This document shows, piece after piece, positions 21,607-34,613 of a DNA stretch of 44,933 nucleotides (position 1 is its first letter; every line of letters starts with the position of its first letter). Where the stretch lies: NCBI GenBank assembly GCA_000934665.2, contig KZ538864.1, forward strand, positions 1 to 44,933. Direction: 5' to 3'. Both the position numbers and the translations under genes were made by a program. This DNA comes from Catajapyx aquilonaris (taxonomy: Eukaryota). Below the pieces are notes generated by a model. That model searched no databases. It was not told the origin of the DNA and worked only from the letters and a program-made list of their open reading frames with translations.

Positions 21607-24600
21607 TATTTGTGTGGATGTTGTCCGCAGCATGTTCTCAAACCGCGATACACGTTTCAATTACCGTATATGTTTTTTTGTCTTAGCTGACAAAAGCCGT
21701 TAATTTATAGTTTATAACAATAGGCTATTAGCCGCTTGTGTGGACCTATCCTTTCCAAATAGATCTAGCCTACTAAAAGGGCGTTCTATGACACATTTTA
21801 TGCCAGTAGTTGTTCTAAGGGATCATTCCCAATACAATCGGAATACAATTCCCATTACAATCAGAAAATCACAAGCACAATCACATAATTAACTTAGTAG
21901 ATCATGGTTTATTATAATGATGAGTTATGATGGTTATGATTAAGTTTATTAGAATTTTAAAATTTAGCCAAAAACTCTGTTCATTTATTAAAAGTAACCC
22001 TTGAAGTGTTTTCTCTATTGTAGGCTTTCGTGCTTCTACCCGCCTGCGGCAGCAATGTGAAAAATATCATTTGAGATGTTTCTTCTATTTTTGTTACAAC
22101 TCTATGGTCCACAGTGATTATCAGGCAGTAAGCTGCTTATTATCAAGCAGTTACTTTCTAGCAGTTACTTCTAGTGACTATCGGAATATGTATTAAGCAG
22201 ATATTAAGTGCTAGTATTAGGTTGGATTGATGTCAACTGTGACCCAGAAATGTTATCATGTTCTCAAGATATAGTTTTGCCTTTTGCGTCCTTCTCAGGG
22301 TTCAACTTGAACGTCATTGGGAATCATCCAAACAGTTCCGACTATGGTAAGGACCTAGTACCGAGTCCCCTGAACTTATTTCGCCTCCTCTGGAAAAATA
22401 TTTGGTAGAAAAAAAACCTAGGGTGTGTCCAAGAGACAAAGGAATATGCTTGGCGGCGAGAGTGATCGATACAGGCTTATACAAAATATGGTTCTGTAAC
22501 CGACAAAAAGGTTCAGACAATATTGAATTTCGCTTCAATGCAAAATGGTCTCAATCTTTTTGTCCGAATATCAGGTTCAAAAAAATGCTTCTATCGACAT
22601 GGTGTTTGTGTTCAGTAGTATCTAAAGCTCTGGTCCAACATGTTGGGTTACATTTTGTTACATTTTGAAACGTAGTGATATTTTTGGTATGTAATACTGA
22701 TAAAGCACTCCTTGCCAGGAGCATCAAGACGTGGTAAAGTAGAAAGGGGATGTATCATGTGGCTAGACATCCGGCACTGTAGTGATATCAACCAGTGTCT
22801 ATCGTAGAGCACCCCGTGGAGACCGGAGAGGCAATATAGCGACAAAGCATAATATTTAAAGCCCCCTGCCTAGATTAAGGATCATTTTCTTAGAACGTAT
22901 AAAGGGAAGGGTCGTGGACCTCTGGTACTGCACTGTACAACACCGCTCCTCATGTACCTCATACATTATGCTGATCTAAAATTTCACATTTTTAAAATTA
23001 CGGCCCTAAAAAGGCTATAAACTGCATAATTCTTTGCTCTCTGTACACACCATTGCCTGTGGAGTAACGTCCATTTCATTCACACCAAAATGCGAATCAT
23101 TTCGTTATAGCTTCAAGCATACTCTATTCATCTACAGTCAAATTGAACTTCGTAAAGCACAAACTATGGAGAGATTTGGTTTCTGAATAAAGTTATGATA
23201 CAGCACACATAGTAACGGTATACTGTGAAGCGCATCAGAAGCCTAATTGTAAGGACTAATTATACCAGGTACTACACGAATAATTATTATCATACAGTGT
23301 AGTTCCAAGTAGACAGAAACAATAAACAGTACTTTGTAAGTGGGGGCTTCGTATCTAATAAGCACGTATGAGAGCTTCTTTGAGTTTATGCAGTTGGTTT
23401 AAACATCACAGCTCAAATTAGACAACCCTTCCATGTTCCATCTCCTCTCTCTTCCTCCTCCAAAGACTCAGTAACTTCAGAGAAGCATCTTGGTCTCTGG
23501 AATAAACGACGCCAATAGAAGCGCTTTTCATGTGGCATAAGGGGTTTTAAGAGGGTAAAGACGAGACCTGGGGGGTGCAGGGAACGTCGTTGATTTCTTC
23601 AAACTTACATACGCGAATCGCCCACCTGAACAACTTAAGCCTTAGGGAAGGGTGCTTTGAAGCAGCAGCACATCATGCTACTTACCTTTCGTTGTGCCTT
23701 GCTTCTCTTCCACTTTGAAAATATTCGCATACAGTACCTCCGATACACATTGTCAAATATATCCCTAACTTTGTTCGAGTACTGATAGTATCGCATTGGC
23801 TAAAACTATTTTTGACATAATCTGGCCCACTCCTGAAATGTAAACAACTGTATATTTACTCCACAAGTACCGTACACTTGTCGATTAAACGGCGACCGTG
23901 TGTCACATTCTAGATACTTTTAGGTGATTACATCCCGGACACCGACCCGGAGTGAACAACCTCCCTGTAGCAGCCTATAGGACCAGAATGTCCGAGGTTG
24001 GCGAACACCTTTTGTTCAACCAGCGTTCTTCGCACAAACAACGAGGTTGGTCCAGTGAATCCATGGAATGGGCACCAGGCGGTGTAGTCGAGTATAGGGG
24101 AGGGCGGGGGAACGGGGAAAGGGAGGCGGGAGAGGAATGTGGGTGTTAGGGGCGGCCCAGTAGGCATACTGCTTATCATTTATTCATTTATATATTTTTT
24201 TATCCGGGGCCGTGGGAGCCTAAAGGAAGGAGGCGGAGGCGTGCTCGGCGGGCTAAAACGAAGCCCAGGAAAGGCTCCATTCAATTTGCATAATACCCAA
24301 CAAGTAAGGAGATAAGCAAGAGACGCCCGCCTGCAGCTTGTTGCAGAGGGGCTTTGGGGCAGAGGGGGAGGGATGGGGGCAGGAGGCTAGAAATACTGCA
24401 ATCCTCAGCCATTTCCATGGGAAAAGGCCCCGGTTTAAACCCCAGCCTCTCACTGCAGGATTAACAACCTTTAGAGGCAAAAAATTTACATAAACGGCCC
24501 TTTCGTTGTCTGCTCGGGACACATTTGCTCCATATACGGGCACTTGGGTCAGCAGCTACAGTATCAGCCGCAGACCCGGCCCCCTGCTCATACCTTGATT

Positions 24601-25413
24601 CTCTTCATCTACTGGCCTCCAAAACGGTGCACTATTTCACACCACGCCCATTTACTGTACCCTGCCCTGGATATTGAAAGCGGTTAGGTTACACTGCAAG
24701 CTCGGGAAAGCGACCAATAGCCCGGGAAAAAAAAATGCGGTGAAGATATCTGGGGCTGGGTGACCCACACACATCCAAGCGAGGAGCACACACACTTACA
24801 CACAACCACACAAAAAAAACCTGAAATAAAAATGGCGTAGGAGGGGAAGCTCCCGAGGACTTTGGTGGCTACCAAAAGCGTCTTCGATACCAATCTTCAT
24901 CCCGCGGAAGAAGTGCTTCAATGCGCCAGACAGCCTTCTGAATGGAGTTTGAAGAGCTTCCTTTGCTGCCTCCTCCCAATCCGTCCCCTTTCCAAGTGAA
25001 AAAATAAAGGCAGCTAGAGCAGAAAAAAAACGTATACCTACATGAATCTCCATTGAACCGTCGCCCACTTTTTTTTCTTTTTATACAGTAACAACCTATA
25101 AGTGCTATCTGTGAGAATAATGGAATTATTTTTTTTAAAAAAAAGGATAATGGAGGTCGAGTTCAAAAAAGAAAAATCTGATACCGTTTGAAGAGAAGGT
25201 TGTACTTCAAACAGTTCAAAGTGGAAAAGACCTTTGCAAAAAATAATCTCAGGTTTTTTATAACAAAAAAAAGGTTCCATTTTTAACAGAATAATCTGGT
25301 GTAAGTATAAGGAAGTAGCGCATTAATTTGTTTTTAAGCATCTTACAATCTTGGTGTGGGATGGAATTATGGATCCTGCATATATCGGGTGCTTATTGTC
25401 TGTTACGGAAAAT

Positions 25414-25705
25414 CAGGGGCCTGGGGGGGGGGGGGGCGAAGAGGCGNNNNNNNNNNNNNNNNNNCCCCCCCCCCCTATGGCTCCCCCAGAGGAAAAAAAA
25501 CGGAAGAAACGAAAAAAACTGGGGGGAAAACCCTCACAAAAATCCTCTAGAACAGTGCAAAATTGCACTGTTCTATGGGTTCTTTTCCTTTTTGCCCCAA
25601 ATTTGGGGTCGAGAGGAAAGGTTGTGACCTTGAACCGAAAAATTGTTCGCCTGCGGCGGGCCCTGCGCCCCCCCCCCCTTGAAAAAATTGCTGGATCCGC
25701 CACTG
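25414..25705. mobile_element. hAT-type MITE with perfect 8-bp TSD
   Basis: CGGAAAAT|CAGGGGC ... CTGGATCCGCCACTG|CGGAAAAT. CAG..CTG termini, G/C-rich subterminal runs, internal palindrome TAGAACAGTGCAA-AA-TTGCACTGTTCTA; contains an 18-N gap (25447-25464). Confidence 0.9.
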
Positions 25706-26388
25706 CGGAAAATAGATACAGTTTGTTCCACATTCACCAACATAGTGTTCAGATCAGGATCCTTACTTCCTTGGCAAATTACAATCGAACCATTTTTATT
25801 CTGATCTCCCTCCCCCTCCTACCCCTCCAGCCCTCCCTGAGCCCCAAGCAACCTCGCTTCGGGGAGCTGGAAGCGGCAATCATGACGGAAGAGTCTTGTG
25901 AAGCAATCGATCAAATCGAGTCATAAGTGATGGGAATAAAAGTTTAATCTCCAAAAGTGCTGCTCTACACGCGCCTGATTATCCCATCATTCTTCTCTGG
26001 TCTTTCCTCCCTCTCGCTTTTTTTCCCCCCTAGTCGACTTCTCGTTAGTGACAGGTATAATCTTATGAATCCGGTTAGCAACATTATCCCAGCAAACTTT
26101 TCCATCGCCACTGACCGCTAGCAATCTTGAGGCGACCTCTAACTTTTGTGACGTCATAGCGTTTAGATTCATAGTTTTTTTCCAATAGTGATGAGCTAAC
26201 TTAAAAATATAGTCAGTTTATAAGCTGGAGCAACTAGATTCTCAGTGCAGTAAAATGTGGGATGAAATTATGTTTGGAGTGAAAATATTCCATATCTACC
26301 CTTGTGATGTTTCGTCACTGGAAAATGGATTTTGTCACCTATTTTGTTGCCTAATGCAATAATGCATTGCGTGCATATGTAATTGGCT

Positions 26389-26422
26389 GGTTCTGGCCAA
26401 GGGTTCTGGCCAAGGGTTCTGG
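26389..26422. repeat. 13-bp tandem repeat GGTTCTGGCCAAG, about 2.6 copies
   Basis: Direct reading. Confidence 0.85.
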
Positions 26423-28862
26423 TCAGTGTGGTTTGCGCCTGCGATGCAGGTCGTCACTCACATAAGAGAAGCGCATTGGTTGCATATCAGCATAGGATAA
26501 CATTTGGGCTTGCTGAGACTAAACAGGAGACAATATTGTGGTTGATCAGACAAAAATAATGGATTGTTTTCTGACTGAAATTTTAAGATTTTTAGATACA
26601 CAGTGGTCATTTACGTCATTAGCGTTCATAAAAACCCTGCAAGTGTGGTTATGCCGTTATGGATGGTAAAGCTGTTCACGTAGTTAATGATCAGGAGTAA
26701 TTAATGCGGAGAAGAATGACACCTAGTATGTAATTATTCCAGTTTTCATTCCGATGATGGAGCGTGCCTGTTTATGCCCGTACACTTCAATATGCTTCAT
26801 TGGCTGAGTACTGCCACATAAAGTAATATTACGTCATTACGTATTAGACACATCCTACCGTGTTGTGGCAGGTGCCGTTAAAAATGCTCCATAATTATCA
26901 TATTTTTTGCACTATGGTAGTTTGATTCGCAGCCTTCACGAATCAAGATGTCGTCCTTCGACCTTGTGACATTCATGGATCATATGTGCACAATATCATT
27001 GCAGGATAATAACAATCATGCTAATACATTTTGGGAATAGCATATGACACAATAACACTTTACAAATGGAAACAACTGCAGTAAATAACCCGTTCGAGTA
27101 GCGATCGCACCAATGATATGAATTAGTGCAATTCCGGGTATCGTGCACACATGTTTGACTAACCACCACACACAGGAGACAGAAAGTTCATTTAGCTCGA
27201 AAATGAATACCACATCAAATTTCCTGCACTCAAATGTGAGCATGAAGAATTAATTTAAGTTGAACCATAAGGTGGAGCCGACCTTTTCAAAGCAACGCCA
27301 CCATTGGACGAAACAGAAAAGGTAATGACTACCGGATTGAAAATTTTGACTGACTACACCAAGCCACAGCCGCCAATTAATCCCGACGTTAATAGTTACT
27401 CCTATTGGAACTGGCGTATTTCCCTCGAATGAATATAACGATATTTTTTTTCTTTCTAATCACAATGCACATTAACATCGAGTAAAAATGAAGTCAGGCA
27501 GCAGTAATAAGAGATAGTAAGTACAAAGTAAGTTTGCAAACTGCGATGAGCTGTATGCTGCGAGCGGATTTGGCGGATATATAAGTCGTGCATGACAAGT
27601 GCAGCGCCTGAAAAGTTGATAGTCGGCAAGTCGGAAGCAGAGATAAGGATTTGTTTAGCCCGAGGGAAAGTTGGGCTAACTTGTGAATAATTCGGGAGAA
27701 AGGAGCCTGCCGGCAGATCAATAATTCAAGGTAAGAAGAAGGCCGCGTCCATTTGGGAGAAAGAGACGCCTCAGCTACATGCTACAAAGTAATTTGGCGA
27801 ATTAACCCATTCGCCCGGATATGAATAAGACGCGACTAACTTTCCGCTTCTCCTTGCCTCTCACGTGCACGTGAGGGACAAATGGGCCTAAATTAATCAT
27901 GGCGCAACTTTCTCTGCTTCACTTTGTATACTGGTTGGTAGCAGACCCTGACGAGGACTACTCAGATAGTACCGATCTAGTATTGTCATTTAAAAAATGG
28001 CAACAGGAACGCAATATCTGTTATGTAAAGTACTGTCAAAAAGATCTGTGGTAATAGTCTCGCCATGACGTTTACCACAATTTCTTGATGGTGCGGTTCG
28101 AGGTTTGGCGCCATTTTTATTTATCGTAGCCTACCATAATAGCAGTATTATAAATATTAATCTAGAAAGTGTAGCCATTTAGCATAAAAGGCGTCATCAG
28201 TGGTGCTCCATTGCTGACGACAGCGTCTCATAGTAAACAAGCAGCAAGTGCAACTGCAAGGCGACGCCAAATCGCAGCGGGGGAAGGTGGTGTTTGCAGA
28301 GTGTAGATGGTGTGTCATGGTGGGCATAAAATGGGTCAAAGTGAGCGAGTGACGCGAGGATGACGAATGACGCATCCGGCTGATTGCGCGCCTGATCAAT
28401 GGTTGCGTCCATGCAGACCCTACCATCACTAACGGCGCTAATTTCTCCACTGCAAGCCCGCCTCTCATCCATCAAAATCAAAAACACGCAGCCTACCCAC
28501 CCCCGGCCTCCAGACAAACCCCACCATGCAGGCCTACACTCTATCTCTTCCTAGATTCTTCCACAGCGAGGAGCTCATCCTAGCTCCTACATGCTGGGCG
28601 AATTTCTGGAACGCCGTGCGTGTCGCTAGTGGCGCGATACTACTGCCCTCTTTTGTGCTAGTGATTTGGTCTAAATTTAATACCAAGATTTTAAATAAAT
28701 ATTTTACATCAAATAGTCTGATTGCTACATTTCATGGGATGATAAAATATGGGTAGCCTATTAAATTTTTTTTATTTTTTAAAAAATCTGCCATGCTGAG
28801 GGCTGGTTGTATGATCGGCAGTACATTCAGAACAAGTGATTAATAACCGGCACTAATGGTGC

Positions 28863-29158
28863 CACGGAAAACCGAACTCAGTAAAACAAATCCGACCAGA
28901 TTTTGCCGAAAAAATTAATTGTTGAGAACAAATTAACCAACAGCAATTAATATCAATATAATCCCTTACTATGAAGATTGTCTATGTAAATTTACTGGTT
29001 ATGTTTCTGATTTAAATGTAAATAGGGGCAAAGATTCCCCTGAAAGTCCTGCAAGGGACAGCAAAGGGTACTCAAAATAATTAATTTATTTAATAAAATA
29101 AAAATATCAATATAATATTGAGTTCGTTGCTTCTCGCACTAAGTATGATTTTACCGTG
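28863..29158. mobile_element. Old AT-rich TIR element with CAC...GTG ends (CMC/CACTA-like)
   Basis: Left CACGGAAAACCGAACTCAGT versus reverse complement of right end CACGGTAAAATCATACTTAGT; additional outer IR GCCATG(G)CTGAGG near 28790 and 29195. Confidence 0.35.
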
Positions 29159-29206
29159 TAAAAATTGTACCATTAAAAACATCCTCAGCCATGGCTAAGA
29201 CATTTC

Positions 29207-29364
29207 GGAAGGGCTTTCGTAATGGGAGACCGAATGTGGCAGGGGTAGGGGCACGTTGCACCGACCTAACCTTACTTCCCAGCGGATACATGCCTATCCT
29301 TCAGCAGATGCACGCCTAGGAAAGTAGGTAAAATTGCGGGGTCTCCTGTTATGAAAGTATAGCC
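29207..29364 (+). mobile_element. Uninterrupted copy of family A
   Basis: Subterminal IR CTTTCGTAATGGGAGACC (29214-29231) / GGTCTCCTGTTATGAAAG (29340-29357); CAGCGGATACA subrepeats; matches both flanks of 10200-10810. Confidence 0.75.
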
Positions 29365-29449
29365 GACATTTCTTGTATACCGGAAATGTGCACCTCAAGC
29401 ATACATTTTGACACACACGAATCAAAAATAAAATCGCCTTTGTTTAATG

Positions 29450-29647
29450 CAGGGTGTTCCTAATTCGTGGGTCGTTATATAACTGATATGACCCAAAGTA
29501 GTTATTTTTGTGTATAGCTTGTCCCATTGCTCCCATGGTGTCGAATACAGCAGTTGCTATAGAAGGGGGCACTTGGTTAAGTCACAACAATACAAAAAAA
29601 CAACTACTTCGGGCGATATCAGTTATAAACGAATTTGGAGCACCCTG
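29450..29647. mobile_element. Tc1/mariner-type MITE
   Basis: CAGGGTGTTCCTAATTCGT...TATAACTGATATGACCCAAAGTAGTT pairs with AACTACTTCGGGCGATATCAGTTATAAACGAATTTGGAGCACCCTG|TA; left flank is TG (decayed TA). Confidence 0.8.
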
Positions 29648-30549
29648 TATAATAATTACGCTAAATCATAATTTCATTTATTATCTTTACTGACACAATC
29701 GAAGCGTAAATTAGTTACTTTCACCTGCTACATTACACTGCTTATAATAAAGCAAATTGTGGGCAACTTATCAATCGCTTTAAAAATATTTTACACAAGT
29801 CATACTTTAAATGTTTAAACACTAATTTCAACCGAAGCTACTTCAGTACAGGAAGTGTAAAATAATTGAACGTAGGGCGAGACCAGGGGTCCTCCCTACT
29901 GGAACCCCCCAAGTTGGAACCTGGCCGTTCCCCCTGTCCACGCCCGTGATGTCACACTTCCGAACCCTTTTCGCAACACTCAATTACACGTCACGATGAT
30001 CAATAGGGAGCATTACATATACGTGCGTGAACGTTTCCTGCGGCTCATATTCGCATGAAATTCCAGCTCAATAATTTTGTGCGCGTTGACCTCTCTTCGG
30101 TGTGGATTTCAGACCAGGGGTAGGGCGGAGGCGGGAAGGCCCCCCCAAAAAATGCAATGGGAAATATAGATTGAAAGGAGGCAAATGGAGTAAGAGCATA
30201 ATTAGGTTCATCAAATCCAGCTAGGGGCAGGAGGGGGGAAGAAGAGGGGAGTCCAAGTGCGCGGCATAATTTTCCTCTTCCCGGAACGTATTTCCCAGCA
30301 CATTCCTTTCGTCGAGGGGCTTAGTCCCGATTAGAATTCCCGGAAAATCCCTCTGCGGAGGGTTTTGTCTTAAAATCCAGACGCGCGCTCATGAATACTG
30401 GACCCTCCTATGCTTTACAAATCCATAAGCATTTGCTTAAAGCCCGCTCCCGATCCTCCTAATGAATATTTTAATGGGACGCTTCTGCTCTTCTCAGTCG
30501 GTGCTGATGCCTTTTCCTGAACCTAACACCTTCTTTCTTTTCTTCAGTT

Positions 30550-30722
30550 GTGACCCACCCAGTCCTTGTAAGGTGGCCCACAGTCCTTGCATGGTGACCC
30601 ACAGTCCTTGTAGGGCGACCCACAGTCCTTGCAGGGCGACCCACAGTCCTTGTAGGGTGACCCACAGTCCTTGCAGGGCGACCCATAGTCATTTCAGGGT
30701 GACCCACAGTCCTTGCAGGGTG
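30550..30722. repeat. 21-bp minisatellite (GYGACCCACAGTCCTTGYAGG), about 8 copies
   Basis: Direct reading; explains the HSPCRAT / RTVGRPA ORFs. Confidence 0.92.
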
Positions 30723-33700
30723 TGACATATTCAGGTCCTTCGTTACCTGGTGTGTGACCCATTCGTTAACTGGAGTGCACATGTGCCATGCAATTGCTAT
30801 GCGGATAATTTTTCGTATAGGTTCAAATAGCTCTCTGGTTAAGTGCCCTGCGTTGTGTAGTAATATGAGAGGGGCCTGAGTATATGGCATGTATCGAGTG
30901 ACTCGCATGCTAGCTATTTTTTGAGGGGGTTCTCCATTTACAAGCGTGCTGAAATTACGATAATGCTAAATTAAGCGATGCGCATTTACCACATTCCCGG
31001 ATTAAAAAGTCGGTGCACGCAGTTTCCTGTGGAAGCTTGTATGTGAAAGGTCACTCAGTGCAATATTGTTCAGGCCTTTAAACGCGATGAATAAATGTCG
31101 TGATTTACACACAATTTTATACAAGTTCATGCACTATGGCACTATGATCACGGGACTCTTCTAATATCCCTTGGTGATAGATGTAGTACCACATTATTAT
31201 AATTATTACACACCCTTTTAGGCTGCACCGTCCAGTTGTAAACTCAGTGTGACGTGGTCCTTTCTGCTCACAACGACACATTACTGCGAAGTGCATTCTG
31301 GCTGGAAATGTATCCGCCACATACACACGCACCATGTATTCCCTTTTGACGGCAGCATATAACGGCACGCACGGCTTTTGAAGTGTTTTGTGGCGTACAG
31401 ATTTGGGCTATGCAAATGGCACGTGTTGGCCAATTGCTGACAAGTGAGGCCAATGATACAGCCCCGGAAATGATCCCGATATTATATTCCTGATATACGG
31501 CAATACTGTGTGCAGCTAAATAATAGCCACAACATGCACCGCGTATTAGAGTGTAGCTGTAAACATATCAGTAAATAGCATACGTTGCATATCAAATGCC
31601 GTTACTGTTTGCAATGCAGTGCTTATATCGACAAAGCTGCACAGTGCAGAAGAAAATTGTGGATCAACTCTCTTTTTTCTCTCTGAGAAATTGAGATTTG
31701 TAGATAAGGTCCGTTGGACATCGAGCATGATTGAAATTGGATTATTAAAGCGTTTGGGTCAACGCACAGTCTGTAGTCCATACTCGGGGGTTGGTGGGGC
31801 CTTTCTATCGACTTGGCCGTTTCGTTATTCTTTTATTACAAGCCTGCTACCCACAAATCTTGAAAGCCGTTTTCCCGTCATGCCTTCCTATTTTGCGACC
31901 TCGGCTTTTTGTCCTCGGCTTTCGGCCTACAGCAGGAAGTGGGGAAATATATCTATCTCCGTCCATCGGAACTGACCCGACGCTATATAACTTACCACCA
32001 CTTTTTTGGTAGCGCCCCTTTCACCCGATGACATTCATTTCCCTTCCTCCCCACCCCTTCCTCCCTATTCTCCCTTCCTTTCTACACTGCTCATCAAATA
32101 TGCAGTTGGCCGTCATTCTTGCAAATATTCGAATGTTGACTCCATTGCTGCAATGCACTGCAGAGGAATTGGGTATCTGTGTCTATTTACCCGAAATACT
32201 GATCCTACCCCCACCCCCACCCTGGTTGCGTTTCACTAAATAATGTCAATGGTCTTGGCGCGGGATAAACCCCTTCCCCCCATCCCCCAGAGAGCAGGGA
32301 GAGGGGGGGGGGGTGGATTTGCCTTCTTTTTTGACCCTCCCTTCTTGACAGGTTGGAGAATTTCTTGTCTTCTACAGCTAGCCTTTTTCTTTTAGAACAA
32401 AATTACATCCGGAAAAGTTTCCAAAATTCCTTCGCTCCAAAGAGCCATTCTAGTCTGAAGAGACGCCCAAAGATCGAAAACACGACTGTAAATTCGAACG
32501 CATAAGGAAAAAGGGCGCCGTTTGGGAGCCGCTCAAATTCTATGGGAAAACGTGGTGGCGCTTTTTGGCAGCAGAGGTCCCCCCCCCCCCCCTCCCTGAC
32601 GACTGCGTGAGGCCTCATTTGCCTCTTCCCAAAACAAAAGTGTCCTCCTCTAAAAAGAATGGTCTTAAGGTACGGGGGGGTGGTAGAAACTGAAAGGCAT
32701 GGCATGTCAGCAGACAGTACAGACGCCATCGACATTTCGATCACGTGTAATAATTACAAGGTGGACGGAATAAACGCCGCTTAAATCTACCTGAGCTGAA
32801 TTAATCAGGTGGAAATATGAGAAGTGGGTGGCTCCACGTAACCAGTAGAAGGTTTTTCCTGATATACGCCCTAGCCACATCATATATGTGGGGGGTGGAC
32901 TTTCCCCCCCCCCCNGGGGGGGGGGCTGTGAAGGTCCTGCCCATGCCCAAACATATCTACACATTGGTACTGTATAGGTGGAACAGAAATATCAACCTAA
33001 TTTCGGATGTGTATACAGAAAATGTGGACCGAGGCCAACATCCATTTTATTATCATATTTTTTGTAATAAGCATCATGTCTCATTGTGTTATGACGCCAC
33101 TTATTGGGCCAGCATGTGCCTTTTACCATGTAAAAATCTGCATACTATTAAGATCAGCCCTGCTGGCAGGCATGGTTGGAAAGCAGTAGGGACGAGCTTG
33201 AATTAAGAGGTCACATATCTGCCAAGGGCAGCATTACTTTTGTGAAAAGGAATTATCCTTGTGTGCCAAATTTCCCTCCGACGTCCCTGTTTTTTTTCTT
33301 TCTTTCTTTCTAAACCCACTTTTTGGGTTAGAGGGCGCGCCAAAGCTATTGCTTTTATTGCCGTAAAATACAACCTATATTGGGATGACTTCATTTTGGT
33401 GTAGTGGTCCTGGGTCCGAGACTTGATTTCCCCTCTTTCCAGTTGGGGAGACTGGTACAAAAGAGTAGCCAAGTTGAGCAGGCACCAACATCGGCTGGCT
33501 TGAATTATGCAACAGTCATTGAGTTGATATTTCCATCTCCAGCGGTAGCTGGTTGTAGACAAAGGAAAGTCAGGGGTATAGGGATAAAGAAGCTTCCCCC
33601 ACAGTGTGTGATGTCTGCTGGTTTTGGATGGTGTGGGGAGGAGTACAAAGCCAATTCGTGCTCCTGTCCACAAAGCTCTTAGAATGAGTTGCGGTGGGCA

Positions 33701-34371
33701 GTTAGTCTATCAGGGAAGCAGACGGGGCAGCCATTTCCCAGTCCCCGAGTCCAAAGCGACTAACTATTTACGTTTCTCCTGCCGCCAAAAACCCAGCAAG
33801 TCGTTTGGCCCCCGCTACTTTGTTCGATCTACCCTTAGGACTCCCCCATCCCTACACCCCCCTCGATAAGAAAGTTACACAGGGGGTTACAAGGTATACA
33901 AGAGTGGAGCAGTTTTATGAGGAGTAAGAGTAATGCGAGCAACCTTGGTGCCTGGCTGTAGGATGAATTGAAGAGCCTTTCGTCATGCATGTGCCCACCC
34001 CTTTTGCCCGGTGCCGTGTCAAATTTCCTCTAGTCACGTGTCCTAGGCCATTTCCCATTTTTAAGGGAGGGAGGGGGAGGGGGGGTGGAAAACCCCCCTG
34101 GGATAATCGTCGATTCATTTCATATTTAAGCAAAATGCCAAACCTCCCTCCGCATGAGATGTTTTAGTTACACACGAAACGGCCACTAATTGTCTCTAAC
34201 GGCGCATTTTTGGACATGAACATAAATATTCAGGCCGTCATTTTGGACATGATGACAGGAGGGGTGGCCTATACAGTGTGTGTCAGTGTGTGGTTTTAGG
34301 TTAGAAAGGGGGAAACTATGTTTCAGTGCATACTATTTATTTATTTACTCTAAGCCTACAGTAGCGTAAAA

Positions 34372-34613
34372 GCACTCTTACTACCCTGCCCTTACTCTCA
34401 CCCTTACTCTTACCCTTCCCTTACTCTTACCCCACTCTTACCCTGACTCTTACCGTAAGAGTCAGGGTAAGAGTAAGGGCAGGGTAGTAAGAGTGGGGTA
34501 AGAGTAAGGGCAGGGTAGTAAGAGTGGGGTAAGAGTAAGGACAGGGTAGTAAGAGTGGGGTAAGAGTAAGGTCTTACCCCACTCTTACTACACCCCAAAA
34601 ATATTTTTCAGGG
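34372..34613. mobile_element. Foldback element built from CTCTTAC/GTAAGAG modules with a 31-bp internal tandem repeat
   Basis: Perfect 20-bp-arm palindrome ACTCTTACCCTGACTCTTAC-C-GTAAGAGTCAGGGTAAGAGT centred at 34454; 31-bp units at 34471, 34502 and 34533; second inversion near 34570. Confidence 0.7.

Noticed and set aside
23930..24700. Decayed LINE ORF2 zinc-knuckle fragments (EHLLF on +, CPVY-like on -)
   Set aside because: Only 4-5-residue resemblances needing frameshifts; not distinguishable from chance without a profile search
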